Shown: piece by piece, positions 13,036 to 25,200 of the stretch
How the letters are laid out: each line of letters opens with the position of its first letter
Numbering within the stretch: position 1 is the first letter of the stretch
Origin: the human T2T-CHM13v2.0 reference genome, Homo sapiens
Length of the DNA: 64,000 bases
Assembly (NCBI RefSeq): GCF_009914755.1
Contig: NC_060925.1
Strand: one strand, 5' to 3'
Notes under the pieces: model-generated
Told to the model about the DNA's origin: nothing
What the model saw: only the letters and a program-made list of their open reading frames with translations
Databases searched by the model: none
Program-made: the position numbers and the translations under genes

Positions 13036-13918
13036 CAGTTTCCTTTTAGTTCAAATTTAAAGACAAAATGTCTAACAGTGGTTCTTGTTTGTTATGACCA
13101 GTATTGTCAAAAGAGAAGTTGTACAAGTTTTTTTTGCCTGTTTTTCATGTATGTGTGAGTGTGTGTATCCTTTAAAAAGCAAAGAAATGCTCTCTGGTCT
13201 AAAATGCTTTGGGTATGATCTCTTTCAAAGACAGAGGGATGACCGAAGTGGGATAGAGCCAATTACAATACTTGGGAAATTGTCAAAGTAACTGACTCCT
13301 TCTTGCCTATAGATGAATATTTTCTTCTTCTTGCTTACCTTTTCTTCGTTCCTCCTCCTCCTTTACCAGCCTCTCTAGCCTGAGTTCTCACTCTCTCACT
13401 ATCTCCTTCCCTCTTCTCCCTTTTCTTTTTATCTTAACTCATAAGCCTTTTAATTTCTCCCAAAAGGACCCACTAATAGAACTCAAGATTAAGAAATATA
13501 TCAGTTGCTATAGTAGAGCAATCTTTCATTTTTTTCAAATTCATAAAATAATTAAAATTACAGGGCATATCAAATGGCCATTTTGGCTAAATGCTTAATC
13601 ATCAGTATTGATTAAAATCAACATTCTGCCAAACCTGAGGTTAAAGCAGAGGTTAAATAAATTTTGGAATATGAGAGTGCCTGAACTTTTCTATTTAAAA
13701 ATTAATTATAATTAGAATCTTATTAACATTTTTAATAGTCAAAAATTAAAGTTTTGACATTATAATATAGAAATAATAATTTCTTTATTTGCTCAGTTGC
13801 TAAATTGCCCTTGTAGTCCTCATCCTGAACATTTGTGATACTAAGAAAATGCACACTTTCAAGTGGAATCTTTAATATTTGATTAACTGTTTTGTGTAAA
13901 ACAGAATAAAAAATTTTT

Positions 13919-14187
13919 GCTAGGCACAGTGGCTCACACCTGTAATCCCAGCACTTTGGAAGGCTGAGGTGGGCGGATGACGAGGTCAGGAGATGGAGAC
14001 CATCCTGGCCAACATGGTGAAACCCTGTCTCTACTAAAAATACAAAAATTATTAGCTGGGCGTGGTGGCACATGCCTATAATCCCAGCTACTGGTGAGGC
14101 TGAAGCAGGAGAATTGCTTGAACCAGGGAGTCGGAGGTTGCAGTGAGCCAGCCTGGTTACAGAGCAACACTCCGTCTCAAAAAAAAA
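13919..14187 (+). mobile_element. AluS (Sc-like) with ~21-nt deletion in right arm
   Basis: ggatgacgaggtcaggagatggagaccatcctggcc; gtgagcc|agcctgg junction. Confidence 0.93.
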
Positions 14188-14197
14188 TTTTTTTTAA

Positions 14198-14482
<285 letters not shown>

Positions 14483-14733
14483 TAAGATACACCTCCAACA
14501 ATATGGAAACACATATCCACAAGGTTTATTCTTTGTGGCTTTATTTGTAATTGCAATATAATGGCAATTTCCTAAATGTCCAAACATAGGATATTGGTTG
14601 AATAAACTTTGCTACATATACACAATCGAATATTACTCAACTGTTAAAAAAAAATGAGGAAAGTCTCTATGAACTGATACGGAGTGATTTCCAGGAGATA
14701 TTTTTAAATGAAATACGCAAAGTACAAAACAGC

Positions 14734-14734
<1 letters not shown>

Positions 14735-14784
<50 letters not shown>
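14735..14784. repeat. (TG)25 microsatellite
   Basis: Direct read. Confidence 0.97.
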
Positions 14785-14785
<1 letters not shown>

Positions 14786-15605
14786 ATGTTGAGGGGGAGC
14801 TAGAGAAAAAAGGAAAGAGGGAGGAGCGATACATTAGAAGGAAGGAGAGATACATTAGAACTGACAGATCATAATTTCTAAAATATGTACTTATATGTGC
14901 ATATATCTGTGCCATGCATATGCATATATATATATTCATGTGTATCTTTATACATATGTCTGTGCATATTATTTTCATTCCCTGCCTATTGAATCAAGAG
15001 CCAAGAGCCACACACACACATATTACCTTTTGTGTAAGAAAACAGGGAAGATGGGGGGGAAATGCAATCTCTGCTTATCTTTACAAGAAGAAACAAGGAA
15101 GGGTAAACCAGAAAACAGTGAAGTTGGTTACCTACAAGGGTAGGGATGGGGGTGAAATGGGGTGAAACGACACAGGAAGGAGTGACATTTCCCTGAGCAT
15201 ACTTTTTGCATAGTTTGACTGGAAACATGTTGATAGTCTACACATTGAACAAAGTAAAATAAAATCAGTGAGAATGTGAAAGTGGGGTGAGGACTCAAAC
15301 ACTGAAAGCAAGCTGACAATAAACACAAATATATGTCAAAGGAATGCCATAATCACACAGAAGGAAAGGAGGGAGGGAGGCAGAGAGGGAGATTGAGAAA
15401 AAAGGAAGGAGGGAGGATAGAAAGAAGAAAAGAAAGAGAGAGAGAAAAAAAAATAGAGGGAGAAAAGGACACTAATCTAAATAACTTACGGACCAGAATT
15501 TTGACTATATACCCTCAGTCATGAGTGGATAGATAGGTGTGTAGGAGGGGTAAGAATTGCAAAGAAATCATGAACTCTTTTGAATAAAGCGTTGTTTATT
15601 TTACT

Positions 15606-16157
15606 TGTTACTGGTAGAGGGTCTTGAGTCATCCAGGTTCTTGGTGTTTTGAACAAATAATTGGACAAATTACACAAACAAAACAATGAAAGAATGAAAC
15701 AACAACAACACAGATTTCTTGAAACAAAAGTACACTCCACAGAGTGGGAGCAGTCTCCAGCAAGCAACTCAAGAGAGCTGGTTACAGAATTTTCTGGAGT
15801 TTAAATACTCTCTAGAGATTTCCCATTGGTTACATGGTCACACCCTGTGTAAATGAAGGAGTGGCCCGCCACCAGTCTGATCGGTTGTAGAAGGTGACCA
15901 ATCAGAGGCTGAAGTGAAGTTATAAAGTTACATGTCTATGCAAATGAAGGCTAGGCTCCTGACCAGTCTGGTTGTGGGAGGGGACCAGTCAGAGGTACTT
16001 TCCATTTTTCATCTGCCACAGCAGTGCAAAGAAAGTAGCCTCTGATACTTTTGTTACTTGGGTGTGGAAGGGTGGAGTTTTCCTTCAATTCAGTTCTCCG
16101 AAGTCAGTACAAACTGGCCTTAAGTTCCTTGCCTCCAGGCCCTATTCTCCCGCCTCA
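15606..16157 (-). mobile_element. MER51-type ERV1 solo LTR
   Basis: Reverse complement begins TGAGGCGGGAGAATAGGGCCTGGAGGCAAGGAACTTAAGGCC and ends ...GTAACA; CCAAT boxes inside. Confidence 0.88.
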
Positions 16158-16591
16158 CAGTAGCATAGGTGAAGCAATTCTGAAACTATTTTAGATGTTT
16201 TATAGGATTGAGAAAAGGACTAAATGAATTGTTGGAAACCAGGTTTCCCATGTGGAAGACATAACATACAAATATGGAATGGAAAGCAAGAAATAACCTG
16301 AAAGATCCATTAGAACTGGCAGATCATAATTTCTAAAATATGTACTTATATGTGCATGCATATGCATATATATAGTTCATATACATATTTGTATGTATGT
16401 CTGTGTATATTATTTTCAGGCCCTGCCTATTGAATCAAGAGCCAAGAATTAAACACACCCCAATAGCTTCAAGCACACTTAGTACCCAGATCTTGGAACT
16501 AGGGCTCTTCAGTCCTGGCTGATTCTAGGACTGGGCAGAGTTAGATACAAGAGGAACCTGGAACATCTTGTTATGCAGAGAGTAGCAAAGT

Positions 16592-16633
16592 GAAGAAAGA
16601 AAGAAAGAGAAAGAAACAAAGAAAGAAAGAAAA

Positions 16634-16685
<52 letters not shown>

Positions 16686-16803
16686 AGGAAAGAAAGAAGG
16701 AAAGAAAGAAAGAAAGAGAAAGAGAGAGAAAGGAAGGAAGGAACGGGAGAAAGAAAGGAAGGAAGGAAGGAGAGAAAGAGGAAGGAAGGAAGGAAGGAAG
16801 GAA
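16592..16803. repeat. Compound (GAAA)n/(GGAA)n purine tract, ~210 bp
   Basis: Direct read. Confidence 0.97.
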
Positions 16804-17304
16804 TTCATTGGAGGAACTGAGGGCTCCTGTTTACAGTAGAAAGCCAAATGACAACTAGTAAATGTGGGAGGGAGTGCTAGAATTAGAAAAAGTTAACATT
16901 CTGCAACTGTTGTAGTCAAGATTATATCAAGAAATAATCATTAATTGATACTACCTCTCGGGAGAAATGTTAATAAGGAGCAGGATATTATCATGCCCTT
17001 AAAGTATCTCTCTGCAGACTGCTTTTTAGTTGCAAAAGAGACAGTCAGTGGTAATGTACTGGAGAAGTTAGAAACACCTTGACTGAATGATCAAAACTCA
17101 CATCACCCATGAGAGCCAGATGGACATTGTGTGCTTCTAGATATGATACCCCAAAAAGGAAACATTATCACTTACTGAATATTCTGACTGAGAATGGAGA
17201 GAGTGAATTTATTCATGACAAAACATCTAACAAACCAAAAATGAAGAATATTCTATTTGAAGGAAAAAAGGGGAAACATTCTTCAAAAAGTCAATGTCAT
17301 TTTT

Positions 17305-17950
17305 TCCAGTTACCTGGAGCTTCCCTTTTCATTCCTCTAGCCAGAAACCTGGGGTATTAGTTACCCCACTAGGCTGCACACCTGTAACTGTGTCCCCATC
17401 TTGGGCCAAGTGGCAGAAGGGAAGAGAAAGAAGAAAAACATCAGGGTTTGCCCCATCTTATTGGGATCACAGATATACTTACCAGAGGGGAAGGCTCTCC
17501 ACTCTCAGAGTTTTGGCCCCTGTGAACTCTCACTGCAGTTTCTACAGCAGCTGCCATGAGATTGCTTGAGGGCTGAGGGGTGAGAGAGCAGGAGGAAAAG
17601 GGAGAAAAAAAGGAAATTTCTGCACTCTTTCTGATAATTAGGAGCTCTTTCCTGCTCTTTGAGACAGAACTAAAGGGCTGCTTCTGAAGCTTGCTATTGT
17701 TTACTGATAACCACTTCTGGGTTTTAGAAGGCATTGTTGAGTTCAGGCAGGGAGATATCAAAGGAAAAATTGATAAAATGACCAGAGGTTGGGTGATATT
17801 TCAAATTCTGGTCTTCTTCTCCATTCTACCTGCTATTTTTAACTTTTCTGATTCCTAAAATAGTTGCTCCAGGCAACTATTCTGTTCAGGTTTTATACTT
17901 GTATGGACATAGTGGAGTATGCTTATTTCACCTTGTCTTTAACCAGAAGT
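17305..17950 (-). mobile_element. Ancient L1M 5'UTR including the extreme 5' end
   Basis: Reverse complement acttctggttaaagacaaggtgaaataagcatactcca resembles the L1M4-type start ACTTCCGG..CAAGATGGAGTAAGC. Confidence 0.55.
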
Positions 17951-17954
17951 GCTT

Positions 17955-18770
17955 AAGATATTTTAATATTGATTTTTAATTTAATTCAGTTGTGATCAGA
18001 GAAAATACTATGTAATATTTTAGGTTTTAAAGTTCATTGATTATATTTTGTGGGCCAGCATATGGTCTCTCTTGGTAAACATTTACTGTGCATATAAAAA
18101 TGTATTCTAAGGTTGTTGGGTCTAGTGTTCTATATAAATGCTTATAAGGTCAAGTTGATGAATAGTGTCATTCATATATTTCTACATCTTCACTGATTTT
18201 TTTGATCTACTGTCATTAGGTGAATTCATATATACAATTGTCCTGTCTTCTTGATGTATGGACATTTTTGTTCCTATAAAATGTTCTTTTTTATCTTTAA
18301 TAACACTCTATTCCTTGAAACATATTTTCTAATATTTTCATTATTTGTATGATATATTTTTTCTGTTTGTTTTGTTTTGTTTTGTTTTAAGAGATTGGGT
18401 TTCATCATGTTGCCCAGGCTGTTCTCTTAACTCCTGGGCTCAAGCAATCCACTTGCCTCGGCCTCCCAAAGTGCTAGGATTACAGGCATGAGCCACTGCA
18501 TCTGGCCTTATATTTCCTTCCCTTTTATTTTCTACCTATTTGGTTTTATTTAATTTAAAGTTCATCTCTAATATACATCATATATTTGGGTCTTGATTTT
18601 TTATCTAGTCTGACAATTTTTTTTAATTTGGAATATTTAGGCCATTTACATTTAAAATAGTAAGTTTATTTAAACCATTATATTGAATGGTTCTATTTGT
18701 CTCACCTATCTTGTTCTTTGTTCTTCCTTTCCTATTTTCTTTTGATTAATCAAATATATTTTGGTACTCC
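17955..18770 (-). mobile_element. Ancient L1M ORF2 endonuclease-region fragment
   Basis: gttgtgatcagagaaaatac..gcatatggtct..tagtgttctatataaatg..atctagtctgacaat. Confidence 0.7.
18360..18507 (-). mobile_element. FLAM-type Alu monomer with (GTTTT)n tail
   Basis: Single left monomer: ctcctgggctcaagcaatcc..cccaaagtgctaggattacaggcatgagccac. Confidence 0.85.
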
Positions 18771-19254
18771 AATTTAAGATATTGCTTTGCATTTCTATAG
18801 CAAAGATTGATTGACACAAGACATAGCCCCCTTCAAAATCTGTCATTAATTCCCTTTCTGGCCTCATGTTCTATCCACCTTCTCAGGCTCCTTCTATGCC
18901 CTCTGTACTTTATCCACTTTAACTTCTCATTATGCCATTTTATCTTTTTCTCTGGTTAGTCATGCCTTCTAGGTACCATAATGTCCTTATAAACATAAAT
19001 GAAATTATTAAAAGTGAACTCCAGCCATTGCACCTGGCATGGAACATTTGATAATATGACATAGGAAGCAAATGTGGAACAAGGATTTTAAACCTTTCCT
19101 TCTTCCCTCCTCACCTTATTCACTCCCAGATGTCAGTAGGACAGCATTCTTATGCTACTGTGGCACAATGTTTTGCAGTGTATACATAATGGAAAAGCAT
19201 ACCTTCAGTATTGCATGGATTCATGTAATAATAAAAATCAAAATAGCTAGTTGA

Positions 19255-19505
19255 TACTTTAGGGTGAATATAGTTAACAAGCATTTATTGTATATTTTCA
19301 AAAAGCTAGAAGAGAGGATTTTGAATGTTTCCAATACACACACACACAAAATCTTTGAGGTGATGAATATGCTAAATATCCTCACTGGATCCTCATGGAT
19401 TGTATATATGTATGGAAATATCACTCTGTATCCTATAAATATGTACAGTTATTACATGTCAACTAAAAATAAAATGAAATGATACAAAAAAGTACGCAGA
19501 AAAAA
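19255..19505 (+). mobile_element. L1MA 3' end
   Basis: agctagaagagaggattttgaatgtttccaa..atcactctgtatcctataaatatgtaca; TSD-like aaatag(c/g)tagtt on both sides. Confidence 0.8.
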
Positions 19506-19525
19506 GAAATAGGTAGTTAAGGAGG

Positions 19526-19858
19526 GTTTTCATTTTGTTTCGAGACAAGGTCTCGCTCTGTCACCCAGGCTAGAGTGCAGTGGTGCAAGCAATCCTCCTA
19601 CCTCAGCCTCCTGAGTAGCTGGGACTACAGACGTGCACCATCATGCCTGGCTAGTTTTTGTATTTTTTGTAGAGATGAGGCTCCACCATGTTGCTCAGGC
19701 TGGTCTCAAACTTCGAGGCTCAAGTGACCCTTCCAATCATTTTTCCCCTTTTTTTGGCCTCCCCCCAAAATTTTTCCCCATTTTTTTTGAAGAACTTTTC
19801 CCCCATTTTTGGCCTCCCAAAGTGATTGGACTACAGGCATGAGCCACGGCACCCAGCC
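19526..19858 (-). mobile_element. AluJ with right-arm deletion and a ~70-nt internal expansion in the left arm
   Basis: gagacaaggtctcgctctgtcacccaggct..; non-consensus 19731-19810. Confidence 0.9.
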
Positions 19859-20779
19859 TAGTTAAGGCTTTTAAAATTAATTTGGTTAAGGCGTTTTACC
19901 TTTAAGTATAAATTTTGATCATAACGAGAACTTGAATTTCTTTATGGTTAGTATACTAGCCATAATTTAAGGAAGTCACCAATCCAAGATGAATTTTTGT
20001 GGATCAAGAGATACAGAAGAAGAGGATTACCCAGGATGAGAGTTAAAAAATAATAATAGTAATCCAGAAATGACCAAGACAGAGACATTTCCCATAGCTA
20101 CTTCTGAATACAGCTTACACTGATTCTCTAGTAAAAAGGTTAAGAGAAGAAGCAAACTGTGGTTATGGCATTCCTTAATTATAGATTGATATCTGTAGAT
20201 ATACTTATATCCATATATATCCATTTAACCATATATTAAATTGTATATAATTCTTTTCATATTTTGCAATGTGATCTTCTCATCTAATATGTTTAATCAT
20301 CTTAAGTCTCAAGTTAAAAGAATCTTCTTAGGTATTATTAAACTGACACACCTAAATCAAGTGGTCTCAGTTATTAACATATTCGAGACCATATTACTCC
20401 GTGTCACTACTTTCATTACTAAACATGTAACTATCTAGGTGTACACACTGTATATTTCCTTATGGTGTTCTCCCTGCCTAGACAGTTTTTCTCTTCTCCT
20501 GTGGTTGGATAGCCTCTATTCACTTTCAAGACCCACCTTTAAATCATTGCCTGCATTAGGCCATTCACAGAGAGTGTTAAGTAATTTCTCTTGCCTATTC
20601 TCACAGTACTGTGCTCTTACTTGTATCAAAGCTCTGATAACTTACATTTATTCATTTTTGTGTCTGTTTTCCCCTAATCCCCTAATGCTATGAACACCCT
20701 CATGGCGTTTATTGCAGAACAGGGAAGGAGAAGATAAAGAAGAGACAAAGGGCAGACAACAGGGAGGGAGGAAGCATAT

Positions 20780-21468
20780 CATATTTTGTTCAATTGAAAA
20801 TAAATTTTCTTTTTACATTTTAACATCTCTGAAATAGGGCTGTACCTTACAACCCTTTATCTCTTACAGCTGAAATCTAGGTAGCAATCATGATGTAGTT
20901 GTCACTGCCTGCATGTACATGAACTTGATCATTTCAGGTAACATGCCTAAATGACTGCAAGCCTATTTGCAACCAATTTTACAAAGGAATGCAAATCCTG
21001 GTTATTGTCTGAAACCCTCTATTGTCACTTTCTGGTAAATTTAAGAAAGTTTCAGCATCAAAACTTGCAGAATTTGTGTCAGCACCCTGGAAGAATCCCG
21101 GAGATAAAAATAAAGCATTCTCTTAAGAAATGCTGTGTCACCAATGCTCTCAAATATGTGGATACACTCTAAAAATTGATTTTTAAAAAGTTAAAAAGGC
21201 ACTTAAATGAGTCTAACTCTCATATAAAGACATATGAAGAAGTTTAAGACTACCTTAGCCAATCTATTTTACTTATATTTTTCACTTTGGATATCCCAAG
21301 AGTAATCTGTCCTTGTTAAAAATATGCTGTATGTCCAAATAAGAATCAAAAAGCTCTTTCAGGATGCATAGAACAAAAATTCTGTACATCAGGAAGACAT
21401 ATATTTAGTTGACAATATATTTTTTCATCTTACAATCAATAGCATGATAGGTTAAATAAAATGTGTAA
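20780..21468 (+). mobile_element. Kanga1/MER104-family TcMar-Tc2 DNA transposon remnant
   Basis: acattttaacatctctgaaatagggc..tcatgatgtagttgtcactgcctgcatg matches Kanga1/MER104; ORF 20951-21172 contains IKHSLKKCCVTNAL, like pogo/Tc2 transposase C-termini; catcttacaatc near right end. Confidence 0.75.
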
Positions 21469-22244
21469 ATTTGTATCAGCTTTTGAGTATTGGTAAACAG
21501 AATTAATACTAAGAGGAATTTTGCAAAGTCATCTGTAATGTCTGGGACCTCTACACATTTCAGAGACAATAAATTTAAGCAAGTGTTGTTAAATAGAGGA
21601 AATTATCCTGTGTAAAATAATTTCTATTATTTTCAGTGCCAAATTTTATTGAGCCGAGTGAGGAGTCAGAAAACAATTTCAGAGAATGGATAAATGGTCT
21701 AAAGAGCTCCAGTGAGTGACAAACATCTCAGGATCACCTAACATTGTTGAATTCTCAAGAGGGCAGCATGACAACTAAGAAAATAGATAATGCTTTCATT
21801 TCAACTATTAGATAAATTGAATTGTTCTTATTTTATGTTAAAAGTCACACAAACATCATAGCACCTATTTTACTGAATGTCTCCCATTTTAATTTAGTGA
21901 GAAAAATACATGACAAACACCTTTCCACAGCAGACACTCAAATTAGTAGAATGGACAAATACTCGAGTTAAACCAGCAATGTTCATAAATATAACCACTC
22001 TGAGTTATAATAGAAAGAAATGTATTAAAATGGCAAATTAAGGAGTCTTTCAAACAAGAATAAAAATCCAGATACCACTTATATTCAACATGACTATTTG
22101 AGTACTATTTTAAGGAAAGGCATATGGGCCTAGGTGCTCAGAAAAGATCTTTGTTAGAGTAATTAATTATATTTTGTGAAATTACTTTTCTCTGCAACCT
22201 TAGCTATCCATGATTCTCCACATCATGCCTTATAGGCATTGTTA

Positions 22245-25200
22245 AAAGTTCAAATATAGAATTCTGCTTCTTTTCATGGTGGTATAAGAAATGCCCTAAT
22301 TCAACCTCACAACATAAACAACTAGAAAACTGTACAAAATGATTGCAATCATTGGATAACAGATAGTTGAAGAGTGTGATCCCCAAGAAAGAAACAAACA
22401 AAGCAAGCCACATAATCACTCTGATTGACTACTTGGAGCCAATTTTTAGACTATAGGTACTGGAAGAAGAAACCCAGCTAGAGCTCAATGGCATCACTGA
22501 ATTGAGGAAATTGAGACTGGAATTCAGGAAGGCTAAAGTGGCCAGGTGTTTCAAGGCAGAGTTCCAGAAACAAGAGAGCTACATAGAAAAACAGCTTCAG
22601 AAATCAGCATAAGGACCCCCTTGACTCTTGGTGATTACTGGGTTATGCATGTAAACAGTACAACTCCACAAGACTAGTCAAGGCACCAGCAGAGAGGTGT
22701 AAGCTGAAAAAGTCCTAGAACTCACATAAGGTACGGAAGGTAGGGAGATGTTCCAAACCAAGTAGAATCCTTGATGATCGCCTGTGATATTTACAGGAGA
22801 CTCCATTGGAGTCACACTTTAGTAGTGAGGGTGAATTATCCCTGAAGTGAGGAATATCTCATATCTGTCATAGCAAAGCTTAAAAAAATTTTTAAACCTA
22901 AAAGAAATTAAATACATCTGCGAGTAACTTAATTAATAGGTCAGCAAGTAACTTCACTTGCTAAAACAAAGCTCAAAACTTTGAAAGACAACAACAAAAT
23001 GAAACACTCAACAATGCAATATTTACAATGTCTAGTATTTAAACAAAAATTAATAGAACACACCAAAAAGCAGGAAAATGTGACCAACATTCAGAAGAAA
23101 AACATCAATAGTGGAAACAGAAGTAGAACTGACAGGCATTATGGAATTTATAGACTATGCTCAAAGATTTAAAGGAAAGCATTAACACAGCTAGAACAGA
23201 AAAGGTAGATTTTAAAAGAGCCAAAAAACTTTGAGAGAGAAAAACATAACATTTTAAATAAAAATTTTATGGTTTAGATATCAAAAAAGAAATAATTGTT
23301 GAACTTTAAGACAGAAATAGGAACTATCCAAAATGAAGCACAGAAAGAAAAAAATATTGAGAATAAAACAAACAGATCCTCAGTGATTTATGAGACAATA
23401 CAAAGTGGTTCAGCATGCATGAAATTGGAATCCCAGGAAAAAACAAGGAAGAGAAAAATATTTGAGGAAATAGTAACAAAATTTTTTCTATACTTTATAA
23501 AAATTATAATCCAAACATCCAAGAAGTTGAACATCTTAAGCACAAGAAACACACACAAAAAAAGAAGGCAAATTAATAATAATAATAATAATGATATAAT
23601 GAATGCCAAAGAAAAGAATATTGAAGGTAATCAGAGAAAAAAGTCATATTACATACAGAGGAAGAAAGATAGAAATTAACACAGACTTCTTGAATGTAAC
23701 TATACAAGACAAAACACAATAGATAAACATCTTTAAAGTGATTACATACAGATATACTACCAATAAGCAATAATTATGACAAAATAAAATATTAAAATGC
23801 CCAGTTAATCATGAAAAGGTAGAAGAGGCAAAAGGAAACAAAAAACAGATGGAAATAAAATAAAACAAATAGCAAAATAGTAGAGGCAAACCCAATTAAG
23901 TAGAAATTGTTTAAACACTGTGAGTATTGTCAGATTGGATCAGAAAGTAAGATCCAGTTATATGCTGTCTATAAGAAATTTACTTAGCTACGAGAGCACA
24001 GATAATTTAAAAGTAAAGGGTGGACAAGTTCTCCCATGCAAACAGTAAGCATAAGAAAGCTGTATTGGAAACATTATCAAAGTAGACTTTAGAAAAATAA
24101 ATATTACTAGAGATAAAGAGAGACATTTCATAATGATAAAGGAGACAATTCACCAAATAACACAATTCTAAATGTATATGTATGTAATAACAGAACTTCA
24201 AAATACATGAAAAATTTACAGAACTAAACAAAAATAGACAAATCCGCAATTATAACTGAAGGTGTTGACAGTACTTTCTCAGTCATAGACAACACAGTAA
24301 GGATAGAACACTTAAACAACACTGTCAACCAACTAGACCTAACGGCCATGTATTAGACACACCACCCAAAATCAGAACACAATCTTCTTAAGTAGTAGTC
24401 ATGGAATATTCCTCACAATAGACTATATACTAGGTCATAGAACAAACCCCAATAAAGATAAATGATTTAAATCATACAGAATATGTTCTGTGAGCCAAGA
24501 AAATAAATTTGAAATCTATAATGGAAAGATAATTTGAGAAATTCCAACTACTTGAAAATTAATTCATTAATCTACATGTCTAAGAAGAAATTACAGGGAA
24601 ATTAAATGATACTTTTAACTGAATGAAAATAAGATAGAAGGTATCAAAATTTGTATGATGCAGCTAAAACAATACATAGTGAGAATTTTACAGCTTCAAA
24701 GTCTTATATTAAAAAAAGAAAGTACTAAATCATTAACCTAAGCTTCCATCTCAAAAAGCTGGGAAAAGAACAAATTAAACCCAAAGTAAGTAGAAAGAAA
24801 GACTAAAATAACAGAAGAACTCAATGAAATAAAAAATAAATTGTAAATACCAAAGACAAATCAAAAGTTGTTTATTTAAAAAAAAACAGGAAAATTGAAC
24901 ATCTGGCAAGCATCTACAAAAAACCTGCAACTAACATTTTCTGTCTTACTTATACTGTCCTTACTAAGATCAGAAATAAGGAGACTCACTTACTACTTCT
25001 ATTTAACACTGTTCTGGATATACTAGCCAGTACAAGGCAAGAAAAATAAATAAAAGTTATTTCCATTAGAAAGGAAGTAGAACATTTTATTCACAGATGA
25101 CGCAATCAGGTATATTAAAAATCCTAGAGAATACAAAAATAAATCGTAAACTACTAAAACTAAGAAGTAAGTTTAGCAAGGTCACAGGATAAGAATTCAA

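Noticed and set aside
16509-16847. ORFs on both strands
   Set aside because: Translation of the GAAA microsatellite.
23296-23679. 127-aa ORF
   Set aside because: Degraded L1 ORF1 remnant in A-rich sequence.
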